64,000 bases of DNA. It comes from Mobula hypostoma. Its lineage: Eukaryota. The stretch lies in assembly GCF_963921235.1 (NCBI RefSeq), contig NC_086109.1, positions 13,084,001-13,148,000 on the forward strand. Direction: 5' to 3'. The translations under genes and the position numbers were made by a program. This document shows positions 1 to 13,820 of the stretch, in pieces (the stretch's first letter is position 1; the number at the start of each line of letters is the position of its first letter). A model generated the notes under the pieces. The model ran no database searches and was not told the origin of the DNA. It saw only the letters and a list, made by a program, of their open reading frames with translations.

Positions 1-210
1 TGCCGCCGGGAAGCGGTTGCATCGGGTAGGGGAAGTCGGGGATACCGTCCTGTGCAGGGGTGGGAGAGAGTTGCACTGGGATTGCGCCTGTCCCGTCCTC
101 TGAGGCTTGTCTTCCTGTGCTGCAGGGGGCGCTGTAGGTGGAGGGTGGCTTCCCGGTCGTGGGAAATTAATTTTACAAAATCCAAGTTTTTTTTAATTGA
201 TCGGGAAAAA
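1..210. promoter_or_regulatory. GC/CpG-rich segment, probable tail of the GNAI3 exon 1/promoter CpG island
   Basis: Markedly GC- and CpG-richer than the AT-rich remainder; lies upstream of exon 2 with no exon 1 in the window. Confidence 0.45.
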
Positions 211-457
211 GCCTTGAAACACAGATTGAGGCACCACTCGGAACAGATCCTTTGGCTCAGCTCGTCCATACTGACCATATGTCTTATCAAAGTTAATCTC
301 ATTAGGCCAATACCTTTCTATATCTTTCCTATCCATATATACATATTCAAATGCCTCTTTAGCATTGCATATGTGGCCACCTGTACCACTGCTTGTTCTA
401 TATCTCCACCATGCTGTATGGAAAAACTTGTCCTTAAATCTTTCCTTTTATCTTAAA

Positions 458-2589
458 CATATCCAGGTGCAGACTGTAATAGTGACCATAACCCAGTAGT
501 ATGTCATGTAAAAGTAAAACTTTAAAAAATCTAAAGAACCAAATACCTGAACAATCCCTTGACTACTTGCAATTAGTTAAAGAAGAAAACTTAAGACAAA
601 AATTTACAATTGAAGTAAGGAATAGATTTCAAACTCTAGAAATAGAATCTGTTGAAGATGATAGCAATCATGTAGAAATGAAATTTAACTCTCTAAGGGA
701 TGCCTTGGTAGAATCAGCAAAGTCAGTGATCCCTAAAAAAAGAAAAAAGCACAAAGAATAAGTGGATGACAGATGATATCAAAAATCTAATGGAAGAAAG
801 GCGACAGAAGAAAGCAAATCCAATAGAATATAAGTCCTTAGATAAAAAAGTTAAAAGCTTATGTCAAAAAGCCAAAGAAGAATGGTTAAACCAGGAATGT
901 GAGCAAATAGAAAGAATCCCTATTACTGATCCAAAAAGGTTACATCAACAGAACCAGAATATCACTGGTAAAAAGCTCCTCTGTTCTTTAGGTGGATGTT
1001 TGAAAGCAAACGACGGTACCATTATCATGAAAAAAGATGAGATTATGAACAGATGGACTGAGTATATTCAGAAATTATTTGAAGACGATCCAGGTGAAAA
1101 ACCAGAAATTAAGAAAAACATTGAAGGTCCAAGTATTTTAAAATCTGAAGTTCATAATACAATAAATAAGATGAAGAAAGGAAAGGCAGCAGGTCCTGAT
1201 GAATTGGTAACAGAACAAATTATTGCCCTTGAAGATTATGGAATTGAAAAACTTACTGATTTAATCAATGACATTTATGAGACTGGAATAATACCAGAAG
1301 AGATGAAAAAATCAGTATTTATCACTCTTCCTAAGAAAGCTGGAGCAATAGAATGTGAATTACATTGGGCCATAAGTTTAATGAGTCATTTCACCAAGAT
1401 ACTTCTAAGAATTTTGATGACAAGAGCTAAAAGTAAGATACAAGCTGAAATAGGCAAAGAACAATGTGGTTTTGTGAAAGACAAAGGTACAAGAAATAAA
1501 ATATTGATGTTAAGGATACTATCAGAACGAGCTATTCAAGTGCAAAAAGATTTGTTTTATTGACTACACAAAAGCATTTGATAAAGTGAAGCACAGTAAG
1601 TTATTGTGCACAATAAGTTATTACAGAAAACTCTAGATCTAGATTTGAAAGGCCTCCGCCTAATCAGAAATCTGTACTGGGAACAAACTGCCGCTGGAAG
1701 AATAGCTGGAGAAGTGAGTCAGTTTACGAAAATCAAGAGAGGCGTTAGACAAGGGTGTGCTTTCTCCCCTGATTTATTTAATGTGTGCAGTGAAACAATA
1801 TTACAAAAAATAAGGGATATCTTGGGAATCAAAGTTGGCGGTGAAAACATCAATAATTTCAGATATGCAGATGACACTGTGTTAATTGCAAGTACAGAGG
1901 AAGAATGACAAAACTTAATTGATATAATTGTTAAAGAAAGTGCAAAAGTGGGTCTATCAATTGCAAAAAGAATGTATGGTGAACATAAAACAAGTACAGA
2001 ACTTTTGCTGCTTAGGAAGCTGGGTGACATCAGATGGCAGGTGCGACTTGGACATCAAAAGAAGAATAGGGATGGCAAAAGACACCTTTACGAGAATGAA
2101 GAGTATGCTGACCAATACTAAACTAGGCATGACAACCCACCTCAGAGTATTGAAATGTTATGTTGAACCAGTTATGTTATGTGGCTCAGAATGTTCGACA
2201 AAATCTAGTAAAGTGAGGAAACGATTTGTAGCAGCAGAGTTGTGGTTTTTGAGGAGGATGCAAAGAATATCATGGACAAAACGAATATCTAACGAGGATG
2301 TCATGAACAGAGCAAACACTAAAAGAGAAATAATGTATGAGATCATGAAAAGGCAATGTAATTTCATTGGACATGTGATGAGGAAAGAGGAGTTAGAATG
2401 CATAGTAATTATGGGAAAGATTGAAGGGAAGAAAGCAAGAGGAAGACAAAGACAAATGATGATGGAGAGAGCAGCCGGAGAATTGGAAATGAATACCAAT
2501 GAATTGATCCACTTGACCCGAAACAGGAGTGTGTGGGCCATGACAGTCAAAGCTCAAATTGAGCATGGCACCTGATGATGATGATGATG
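458..2589 (+). mobile_element. 5'-truncated, decayed RTE-clade LINE (end of endonuclease plus reverse transcriptase)
   Basis: YPGADCNSDHNP, KAAGPD, GVRQGC, FRYADD split over ORFs 501-2575; (TGA)n tail; 10-bp TSD ttatcttaaa at 448-457 and 2590-2599; interrupts an older minus-strand CR1 remnant (about 215-450 and 2600-2850). Confidence 0.92.
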
Positions 2590-3071
2590 TTATCTTAAAT
2601 TTGTCCTCTAGCTTTAGACTGGGGGATAAGACTGAGTTTATCTTTGCTACTGATGATTTTGTAAGTCTCTAAGATCATCCCTCTGCTCCCCATGTTCTAA
2701 GACTAAAAAGGCCCAGACTTGGAAAATCTTTTCTGCACCCTTTTCAACCCAGTGACATCCTTCCTATAGCTGTGCAACCAGAGCTGCTCACAGTGTTTCT
2801 ACGTGATGTCTTATCAGAGACTTTAACAGTTGCAACATGACATCCTGTGCAATTGTATCACAACCTTTCCCTCGGATTTTCAAATTATTTTAAACCTGTA
2901 GGAAACAGTTTGGCCTACACTGGAGTGCTGTAACCGTTCTGGTCATGACAGTTTTTTAAATGATTTCATCATTTCAAACAAAATAAAAGGCTGCATTTGG
3001 AGATTAGATAAAATGACACCAGTTTCAAGATATAAAAACTGCCTAGTACTTGCAATCTATGTAGTGCTTTT

Positions 3072-3413
3072 CTCTTTTTTTTAATATAATTTTTATTAAA
3101 TTTTCAAAAAGAATACATGAAAAGATAAAATCTACCTCCCCCCGCCATATATAGTCCTACCTAAAAGAAAGAAAGAAAAAAAAACAGCCGCCTGGGTATT
3201 GGAAGGTTTCCACATGCTCCATGGGATTCAAAATAAATTTGGTATAATTATTCGTTACTTTCCCCAAGTAACCAAATTCTTTGTCGGAGCACTTAAATAT
3301 GACATCCTATCTTTTGTAAATAAGGGCGCCAAATATTCAAGAATGTTACATAATTATCTCTTAAATTATAAGTAATTTTTTCAAGTGGAATAGAACAAGC
3401 CATTTCATTATTC
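3072..3413 (-). mobile_element. L1/Tx1-type LINE 3' end
   Basis: Minus strand encodes NNEMACSIPLEKITYNLRDNYVTFLNIWRPYLQKIGCHI*, then AATAAA and A-tail; perfect 19-bp TSD caatctatgtagtgctttt at 3053-3071 and 3414-3432. Confidence 0.8.
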
Positions 3414-4061
3414 CAATCTATGTAGTGCTTTTGAAAGGGACCCTTATAAGCACCTAAAGGAAAATAACTTGCTTAGCTGCAGAAAGATTGTGTGAGAATG
3501 GCATTGGCAGTTGGCAGTGAGGCAGAATTGAGCTTCTGTGTTGTAACGGTTTGATTGAAGATTGTCTGTGCAAAGTCTTAGTAGTTACGTTCTTTGTGTT
3601 GGCTTTGGTTCTGAGCAAATCTTGCTGGTTAAGCAGGAGACAGCTAGTTTGGCTATTACAGAAAGTTATTTCTTTAGAACCTCTTTTATTCCATTTTAGG
3701 CTAACGAGATATTTATGCACCACTGATGGCAGACTGCATACATGGAGTTATCTGACAGCAGTGTGATATTGACTAGGTAATCTAGTTTTAGTGATGTACT
3801 TTGGCAAGAGCTTCCTGCTGTTTGCGAGTAATGCTGTGGGATCTTTGTCACCCTCTGTTTAGCACCACTTTGGAAAAAGCTGCTATCCCTCTTCAGTGCT
3901 GTGCTGAAGTGTTGGCCTGGATTCGAAGGGAACCTGTAACTTCCTGATACATAATAGAACAACCCACTTAACATGGCTGACCTTTGTAGATAATTTAGTT
4001 TTGACCTTGTGCAAATTAAATTTGGAATTTTTGAGAAGGTGTTTGGATCAATGACTATTCC

Positions 4062-5426
4062 CTAGTAACACTTGCATCCACAGTGAAGTGGTTTGAGAGG
4101 TTGGTGATGAAACATATCAACTCCTGTCTGAGAAGCGACTTGGATCTGCTCTAATTTGCAACGGGTCCACAGTAGATGCAATTCATTGGCTTTTCACTCA
4201 ACCCTGGACTATCTAGACAGCAAAGATGCATACATCAGGATGCTCTTTATTGACTACAGCTTGGCAATACTGTAGTCTCTTCAAAACTAATCAATAAGCT
4301 TTGAGACCTTGGCCTCAATACACCCTTGTGCAGTTGGATCCTTATTTCCTCTCTTGCAGGTCACAGTCAATTCAGATTGGTAACAACATCTCTACGATCT
4401 ATCAGCATAGGTGCACCACAAGGCTGTGTGCTTAGCCCCCTGCTCTACTTGGTTCCACTTATAACTGTGTGGCTAAGCACAGCTCCAATGCCATATTCAA
4501 GTCTGCTAATGTAGGCTGAATCAAAGGTGGTGACAAATCAACATGTAGGAGGAGGAAGATTGAAAATCTGGCTGTGTGGTACCATGCAACAACCTCTTAC
4601 TCAATGTCAGCAAGACCAAGAAGCTGGTTATTGACTCCAGGAGGGGGAAATCAGAGGTCCCTGAACTAGTCCTCAGTGGAGGAGCAGATGTGGAGAAGGT
4701 CAGCAACTTTAAATTTCTTAGTGTTATCTTTTCAGAGGACCTGTCATAGATCCAGCACATAAAGGCAATTATGAGGAAAGCATGGTTGCTCCTGTACTTC
4801 CTTAGGAGTTTGTGAAGATTTAGCATGACCACTGAAGCTTTGACAAACTTCTGTAGATGTATGGTAGAGAGTATATTGACTGGTTGCATCACAGCCTGAT
4901 ATGGAAACACCGATCCCCTTGAATGAAAAATCCTACAAAAAAGTAGTGGATATGGCCCAGTCTATCATGGGTGTAGCCCTCCCAACCAATGAGCATATCT
5001 ACATGAAACGCTGTCACAGAAAAGTAGTATCTATCATCAGAGACCCCCACTACCCTGGTGCCATTGGGGAAAAAGATACAGGAACCTCAGGAAGTTACTA
5101 TCCTTCAACCGTCAGGTTCTTGAACCAAAGGGGACAACTTCACATCCCATCATTGAAATGATCTCACAACCTGTGGGCTCGCCTTCAAGAACTCTTCATT
5201 TCATGTTCTCTATGTATTGCTTATTGATTTATTATTTCTATTTCTCTTTTTGTATTTGTACAGTTTGTCTTTAGCATGCTAGTTGAACATCCATGTTGGT
5301 TTGGTCTTTCATTATTTTATGGTTATTCTATTGTGGATTTATTGAGTGTGCCCACAAGAAAATGAATCTCAGGATTGTATATGTTGACATATATGTTCTT
5401 TGATAATACATTTTGTTTGAACTTTG
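4062..5426 (+). mobile_element. Decayed Rex-Babar/L2-group LINE (RT 3' half and tail)
   Basis: GAPQGCVLSPLLY, SYYPSTVRFLN; many stops and frameshifts. Confidence 0.85.
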
Positions 5427-8400
5427 TAGTCATGGGAGCTATAAAAAATGAGGTCAAAGGTAGGATTTTAAAGATGGAACAGTGTGTTTTGACATTAAAT
5501 AGTTTTCAGATTAGGTTATTTATACAACCACCAATGGTGGTGTAAAATGAAATGCAAATTGACTAGGGTAGGAACAATGGAGCTAATGATGATTATCAGT
5601 TGAGATAAGGCGAGATGGGGTTTCCAGTCAACTGCAGTGGATTTGAGACATGAAGGTGAAAATCAATGTGTGTACTGAAGCGCCAGTGATTCTAAGGTAA
5701 AACTGAATGAAAATCTTTAAACTGGATTAGGTCACAAGCTATGTAGAACGACAGACTTTAGAGTATTTGTGGGCAAGTCCTGCAGAGCAAATTGTGTAAT
5801 AGGAGTTGGAATAATTAATTATCAAATGTATTAAAAAATCTTGAAGCCGACAACTCAGCAGTTTTTGATTACATATTTGAGCTATTGATATTTGGTGCTA
5901 CGCATTGGGTATGTTTTTAAAATCGTGCATTTACTCATAGGGCCATTTACAAATACAGGTCATCTCTGAGATAACATACAAGTTTGGATTCTGATGATTG
6001 AATTATTCTCATGAAATTCTGACAAGATCTGTGAATGTCTGATTTTACAAGCTTCACACACATTTAGACTTCAAAGGGCATAGTTCTGCCAAGGAATGTG
6101 TCACTATTCTATGACCTGTTTAGAATTTCAAGAATTGAGAGATGGAAATTGGGAATAGAGATCTATATAGCTGCTGGATGTTGAGATTCTGATGATTATA
6201 ACTCCTGGGTAATATTTCAGCATCTTGAAACCAAAGGAATAACAATGAATGCCTAATTTGCAGACAAGTGTAATGCTATCAAAGTTGGCAGTCAGGAAGA
6301 ATAGTTGTTGGGAGAGGGTTTGAGAATTCAGATACAAATTAATGTATTCATCACAGGTACATTGAAGCGTACAGTGAAGTGTATGGTTTGCATTGATAAC
6401 CAGCACAACCTGATGGGGACAGTCCGCAAGTGTCACCCCACATTCTAATGTCAAAGTAACAATTTTAAGCAGAGCAACATTAGCAACAACAACAAAACAA
6501 GCCCCTTGTTTAAAATATTAACAGCATTAAATATTTTGTCTGCTTCAATTTGTCTTTTGTTCCTTACTTACCTTCTGAATGTAGGAGTTAAAATGCTGTT
6601 GTGACTGATAATCAGCCTACAATTTTAAGATGGGCTGCAGCATGTGTAAGGCATCTGGGTTAGCATCAAAATCAGCACAAATTAGTTGGATTTGGACAAC
6701 TTTATCCTCCAATGAGTTCCTTGGGGTGTTTAAAATGTCCTGATATAGCATTTTATGAGCACTACATTGAGATAGCCGTATTTTGTGACATTTGTCTCCC
6801 TGATTTGTGACACACGTTTTGTATAATTTAGCAGCTCTGTGTTTGAGAATAGTGGGACAAGGTTAGTAGCTGGTGAATTAATTGCTGCAGAACATAGATA
6901 AAACATGCAAATATATTTTAATGAAAAACTCACCTTTGGGTTGATTTAGGGGCGTCATTGAAAATGGTGAAAACTTGCAGTACATCTGGCAGTTGACCGT
7001 TTTTGGTTGAAGATAATACAGAATGGATTGATTGGTTTATTTTTGGTCCAATTATTATCTTTGGTCAAGGGTAGTTATAGATTACAATGAGTTTGAGGAA
7101 TTTATATTTTAATTCAGCTGACAATTTTTCCCACTGTATAAATTTGACTTTATGAAATGTACCTTGTATCTGTTTTGGAAAGAAATAAACTGGCTTGTCT
7201 GGAAAAAGTGCTTATTAATATAAGTTAAGCTCAAAGTGATGTATAACCAATCCAATGGTGGAACTCGTTCTATTTATTTATTAACCCTGTGTCTCTTTGC
7301 TTTGTCGATCTGAAAGCTTCACAGTTGTTCACTTCAATTTTTTTTTTTAAAGTTTACTCTTATAGCCTATTGGTATTTTGAATGTTTTATCAGTGATGAA
7401 AATATCATCTGTGTGTCAGCATTAACCTGATCTTGTAATCATGTCGCACTATTTTGAAACAGCTAAGAAAAAAATATTTAAAATGGCTTGATGTGTTTGC
7501 AAGAAAGTTGCTCAAAGCTGTGGCTTCAGAAGTTGAAATGCAAACTAGAAAGCAACAAGCTATGATCAATACTAGTTGAGTTAATAAATTTTGTATGCCA
7601 AATGTGCATGATTTTAATGATGTTGAAATATCCTTGCTTAAAGATTACATCCTTGTATTCGTGTTGAGGAAGGAAATTTGGTTTCATTATGATGAAAATG
7701 GTTTGTAAATGGCGTTTATAAAAAGGAGGCTTCCTCGTGAAACTACAATTTCAACATGCTTTTCTTGGGTTTAGAGCTGATTTAGGTTACATTTAAGGCT
7801 TCCATTAACTCCTTGCACCATTTTGTGAGTGTACTTCTCATTTGTGTACAGAAATGAAACAATCTTCATGTGATCTAATTTGTGAGATGGAGAATAAATA
7901 TAATAATACAAAATTACCTTTTACCTCTCCTTCCTCTCCCCTGCTCCACTCCCAAACACCTGACAAAAATGTTCTTTCTGGGATATTGGTCAATAATGTC
8001 TCATATAATTACCTACATGAGAGGTAGATATGAAGGGAACTTTAGAAGTGATTTTGAACTTCACAGGTCAAATTTTTACAGAACAAGCAACTAATAAATG
8101 ACTCATCTGTGGTCATTTCCTCTCTCGCTAATACCAACATGCACTGCCCCTCTTCTGGACTGAGCTACTCTACTCAGATCTTGTGATTTGGGCTTAAATC
8201 ATCAATGTAATTCAGTATAGACAGGAAATAAAAGAGGACACCTGAGGAAAAACAATGCTTTTATAAAAATAATTTTCTGTTAGAGGATAATTTGTAAATT
8301 TAAGTTTAAATCTCATTATTGGCTTTAATGTGACTCCGGCCCCACTAAGTGGTTGATTCTTATTTGAAATAGTCTCTAGGCAGTTTAGGGATGAGCATTA

Positions 8401-8654
8401 AATGCAGTAATGTGTATATCCCATGAGTAACAAAGTAAGGAATTATATTTGTAAGATATTGAACATGTTCTCATGCTTGTGTTTAATTTGATCAGTAAAA
8501 ATGTTATTTTTCAATTTGAAAAATAACAAATTGATGCAGCTCTTTGCTTGTAATTACTTGTGCATGTAAAATTTTGTTATTTTTCTCCACTTTCAATTGG
8601 TAGTTCCTAGCAATATGCATGCAGTGATTTTAGTCTTTATTAAAATGACATGGA

Positions 8655-9975
8655 ACAATGTCCTGACATCAAAGGTGATAACATAACAGCATATAGGAGA
8701 GAGATTGAAAATCTGACTGAGTGGTGCCAGAACAACAACCTCTTACTCAACTGCAGCAAGACCAAGGAGCTGATTATCAAGAACAAGGTGCAGGGTCCTT
8801 GAAAGTGATTCCATAGGTTATGGGAAGTTGAAGTCATGTGAGTGAAGTTATCCTCTCAGGTTCCTTAAGAGTCGTATGGTTGAGGGGTAATGACTGTTCC
8901 TGAACCTGGTGCTATGAGCCCTGAAGCTGCTGTACCACCTTCCTTATGACAACAGCGAGAAGAGAGCACGGTCTGGATGGAGGGAATCTTTGGATGCTAC
9001 TTTCCTGCTACAGTACTCAATAGTCAGGAAGGCAAATTGATACCCATGATGGCCTGGGCCGTATCCACTGCTTTATGTAGGATTTGTTGTTCAAGTGCTG
9101 TGGTATTTTCATACCAGGCCGTGATGCAACCAGTCAATGTACTCTCCACCACACATCTATAGAAGTTTATCAAAGTTTTAGATGACATAACAAATCTTCA
9201 CAAACTTGTAAGAAAGTAGAGGCACTGCCATGTTTTTATTTTGTAATGGCACTTGCATGCTGGCCCCAGGGTAGATCCTTAGAAGTGATAACACCAAAGA
9301 ATTTAAAGCTGTTGACCCTCTCCAAATAGTCAGCTACCTTGTCTTGCTGACATTGAGTGAGAGGTGTTGTGGCACCACTAAACAAGATTTTTAATCCCCC
9401 TCCTATATGCTAATTCATCACCACCTTTGATTTTGGAAAACAATAGTGATGTTGTCAGCAAACTTAAATATGGCACTGGAGCTGTGTTTAGCCCCTCAGT
9501 TATAAGTGAGTAGGCCAGGGGCCTAAGCACACAGCCTTGTACTACACCTGTGCTGATGGAGATTGTGGAAGAGATGTTATTGCCAATCCAAACTGACTGG
9601 TCTGCAAGTGAGGAAATCAAGGATCCAGTTGCACAAGGGGGTATTGAGGCCAAGGTCTTAAAGCTTATTGATTAGTTTTGAGGGGATGATGGTATTGAAT
9701 GGTGTGCTGTATTCAATGAAGAGCATCCCGATGTATTCCTCTTTACTGTCCAGATGTTCCAGGGTTGTGAAGCACCAATGAAATGGCATCTGCTGTCAAC
9801 CTGTTGTGATGGTAGAAAATTGCAGTGATCTCAGTCTAGTCTCAGGCAGGATTTGATATGTTTTATCACCAGTCTTTCAAATCACTTCATTAGAGTGGAT
9901 GTAAATGCTACTGGATGATAATAGGTGAGACAGGTTTCCACATTCTTCTGAAGCACATATAATTGAAGCAGGTGG
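8655..9975 (-). mobile_element. Rex-Babar-like LINE remnant on -, with a short + strand fragment at about 8655-8790
   Basis: ORF 9378..9653 TGVVQGCVLRPLAYSL; similar to 4062-5426. Confidence 0.8.
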
Positions 9976-10321
9976 GTATCTCAGTCTGCCAAAGTGAGAG
10001 TTTAACACAGGCAAACTTTCCAGCCAGTTGATCAGCATACCTTATCACCCTGCTCTTCAACCACTGCAGTGTTATAGCTGTAGTGTTTTCCATGTGCAAA
10101 AGGCACTGTAGGAGAATAATTGCAAGCACAAGAGAACTCTTCCAGTTGTGGCTTCTCCTTCAAGGAAGTGTGATGTTAGTTTGGAAAGAGTAGAGTTCGG
10201 CAGAATGCAGTAGAAGCATCTGTGAAATTGTTTAAAATCAAAATCAGCTTTGTTACCACTGACATATGTGGTGGAATTTGTTGCTTTGAGGCAGCTGTAT
10301 AGTGTAAAACACAAAAAATAT

Positions 10322-10474
10322 CAGTCGACCTTCACTAATCTGACTGCCTATAATCCGGTTCCTTCGATAATCCAGCACTGATTATGCTTGATGTGATCCT
10401 TAGGTAATTTGGCATTTTCACAAATCTGGCATTCCTCAGGTCTCAATGGTGCCGGATTAGTGAAGGTCGACCTG
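10322..10474. mobile_element. Tc1/mariner (pogo/Tigger-like) MITE, long form
   Basis: TIRs cag(g)tcgaccttcactaatc / gattagtgaaggtcgacctg; TA at right flank. Confidence 0.8.
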
Positions 10475-12589
10475 TACTAAATAAATAGTGCAAAAATCAG
10501 GCCATGGAGGTGTATCTGGCAAGGTACTGAAAACCTGTGCCTATCAACAGGCTGGAGTGTTCAAATGTCTTCAACCTCTCACTGTTGTAGCTGGAAGTTC
10601 CCACTTGATTCAAAATGGCATAAATCAAACCACTGTCCAAGAAGAGCAGAGTGAGCTGCCTCAAGGACTATCGCCTGGTAGCACTCATATCTATTCTTGA
10701 AGTGATTTGAGAGGTTGGTCATGGTAGGATTAAGTATTTCTTGCAGAAAAGATAATATTGTTGTGTAGCATGAAACAAAGCAATTATAGATACAGTGGCA
10801 GGAATGTGAAAGTTTGCAAATTAACTTGTTTTGTGAAGCTGAAATAGTAAAACTTCAGCCACAAATAATAATGTGTATTTCACAGCCTGCTTTCTAACAT
10901 GTTAGAGTACTAATCACAGTGCCATATGCAAACACTGATGCAAATCTCTTCCCTATACTTAAATAGCTTGTATCTAGGCAAAAAGTATCCCATCATTAAG
11001 GAGGGATGACTCATTATTTATTCACAAATTTAGAAATATAGTAAGATTTGTTAATTACAGTATGGAGTTGCCTATATGTACTATAATTAATTCAGATGAG
11101 TTGTTAGATAAGCTTTAATAATAAGGTTGTCTCTAAACCACTTTTTGGAATGCAACATCCCTACTTGTCTACTAAACAAGTTTTGCTCATTGTTGCATCT
11201 GTACAAATGCCACACTTGAAGTAGGGTGGGGGAAGAGGACTTTAATGCTACCCGTGACACTTCTTCTGTCTTTCTGAAATAAGTATTGGTAGTAAGCTGC
11301 ATCTTATTCATTTTGATCTGTAAGTTTTTGTTACAGTTGTAATTACCACAGTTAAACATCGATTCTTTTATTCTTTAACATTTTGATCTCTCTTTAACTG
11401 GAACAGAAAATCAACAAGTTAAACTTCAGCAAATGCTTAACCGTTCTCTCTGTATATGCATCACATTTTTCTTGGCCCAATTTTAATTTGCGTTTAAGAA
11501 TATTGACACCAGCTGTATCTTGTATGGCTGCACATGTGATTTTAAAATCTAGAATAATGTCCAGTTTATTTTACATTTATAAAGGACACAGTTGAAGCTT
11601 TATATTAAGTATTTTCTGGAACTTTTTGCAGCTAACAAATGGGTAGACATTGCATTCCCTCTGAAAAATAGTCCGCAAAGTACTCAAGAATTATAAAAAT
11701 AAATATTAGGAAAAATGCTGTAGTTGGGTTCTCTGAAAGGTCAGTTTCCCTATTTTGCGGAACTGCAGTTAGCAAAGTAACATTTCTTGCACAAATTTCT
11801 TTTAAATATAGCTTGTCAGGCAGTATCCCTTTAGCAAAAAGAAACGTATAATTCACAAAATATTTCCTTCAGTTTCATTCAGTAGGTGAGAAATTTGACA
11901 AAATGCTTTGAACAGCACTCACCATGTCTCAGTGATCAGATAGAGGGTTAAACATGTCTGTTTTCCTGCTGCTAATCCTGGCTCAGTGATCTGAGTCAGA
12001 AGACTCATCTCCAATGTCATTCCAGAGATTTAAACAATGATACCATCAGAAGTACTGAAAAATATTTTTTTTTAAATGGCAGAGACATGAAATTGAAGCC
12101 TCAACTGGATGCCCTCCTTATGCCCTGATGGACACACATTTGTCACGGTTGCAAATAAAAAAGATTTTATGCTCATTCCTCATTGTTCTTTATGGGACTT
12201 CGGTTGAATTCTTAGACTTTACCCAAATGGTTTTCTAAGTTGTGTTGTGTGAGCCTTATCTGATTTTCGCCATGTGGACAGCCTCAGACCAAATTTGGAA
12301 ATAAATCAGCAGTAGAAGAAACTACAGACTGCTTCTCTATTCACTGACGTGGTTCAACAGATTTCCAGTATTTGCCGTGATCTGATTTTCAATTTGTTTC
12401 AGTTTTTTGAATTGGGTGTTCCTTTTAAAGATTAGCACAGTCAGCAAATTGATTTGCTATAAACTGCTTTAGCATGCTTTAAGGTTTTGGAAACCATACG
12501 TTTTCTTGTGTGCCCATTTTCTAGAACAAAAACCCAACCATTTTCTCACCACAAGCACTCTTATCCCCCATCTTTTGCTCCACTAGCCT

Positions 12590-13340
12590 CTGCATTCAGC
12601 ATATCATCTTTTGACCCTTCTACCAACTCCAGTGTAATCCCAGCATCCATTCTTTTCCACAGCTTTATTTTCCACAATGATCACTCTTCCCATGGCTCGC
12701 TGATTATCTCATCCTCTTTTGCCCATCACTTGGTACTTTGTCCTGTACTATAGGGGGGTGCAATACTTGTCCCTTTATTATCTTCCTTGTCACTATTGAG
12801 GGGTTTAAATTACTCCTCCATGTGAGACAGATTTATGTGCATTCCCTCCAGTGTGGTCTATTACATTTGATGCTCAGTGTGGCTTCCTCTACATTGATGC
12901 AACTAGGTGACTGGTTGGTAAAGCAACTGCACTCCACACACAATAGCTATCTTGAGCTTCCTGGCACATACTATTTCATCTCTCCTTGCCATTGCTACAC
13001 CAATCTATCTTTGGCTTTCTCCATGCCATGGTGAGGCAGATACAAACTAGAATAGCATTTGGTATTTCATTAAGTTAGCCTACAGCCCAATGGTATGAAC
13101 ATTGAATTTTGCAGTTTTGGATAAATGTACCCTTCTGTGTTCCTTTCCCACTCCCATCACTCTCCTTTCCCTTTGTTCACCTCTTCCGTCCCTTTTCTTT
13201 TATTATAAAGACTCATAACTATCATAGCTCTCTACCCGCTTTTTTTATTCCCCCCCCCCCACCCTCCCTTGCCCAGTTCACCTTTCCTATCCTGTTTTCC
13301 CACCTAGTTCCATCTGTCTAGTATCCCTTCCTTATCTGGT
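12590..13340 (+). mobile_element. Highly decayed Penelope-like element fragment
   Basis: cagcccaatggtatgaacattgaattt matches the PLE ORF end seen at about 38855; upstream part resembles 42400-43090. Confidence 0.55.
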
Positions 13341-13468
13341 TCCACTGTCTCTTAAGCCCCAACTATTTGAAGTGTGTACTTTGATAATACTAAACAATAA
13401 ACTGCTTGATGATAATCACAAAGACTTGTAACCACTGCCACAACTCAGTACTTGCATTTTTTTTGCAG

Positions 13469-13511
13469 GTGCTGGAGAATCTGGCAAAAGTACCATTGTG
13501 AAACAAATGAA
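13469..13511 (+). CDS. GNAI3: GNAI3 exon 2 (43 bp; G)AGESGKSTIVKQM(K, P-loop
   Basis: ttttgcag acceptor, gtgagt donor, G1 box. Confidence 0.97.
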
Positions 13512-13720
13512 GTGAGTAAAACCAGTTTCATCTGAGTTTTTGACCTTGGTTGTGTGATAATTTAACAATGAAGTCCACAATTAAATGTAGATTGCCTTGC
13601 TGTCCAAATTGATATCAGCTTCAGGATAAATGTGGATTTAGTAGTACTTGTGTATCTTTAACACTATTTTGAAATGCTTTGTATTTTGTATTCTGTTTTG
13701 ATTTGATGAGTAATATTACG

Positions 13721-13820
13721 CAGGTCGACCTTCACTAATCCGGCACTATTAGGACCTGAGGAGTGCCGGATTATCGAAGGAACTGGATTACAGGTAGTCA
13801 GATTAGTGAAGGTCGACCTG
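13721..13820. mobile_element. Same MITE family, 100-bp internally deleted form, opposite orientation
   Basis: Perfect 20-bp TIRs caggtcgaccttcactaatc / gattagtgaaggtcgacctg. Confidence 0.85.

Noticed and set aside
52..456. 134-aa ORF at window start as GNAI3 exon 1 or a novel gene
   Set aside because: No MGCTLS/KLLLLG similarity; it runs from the GC-rich segment into a reversed CR1 remnant.
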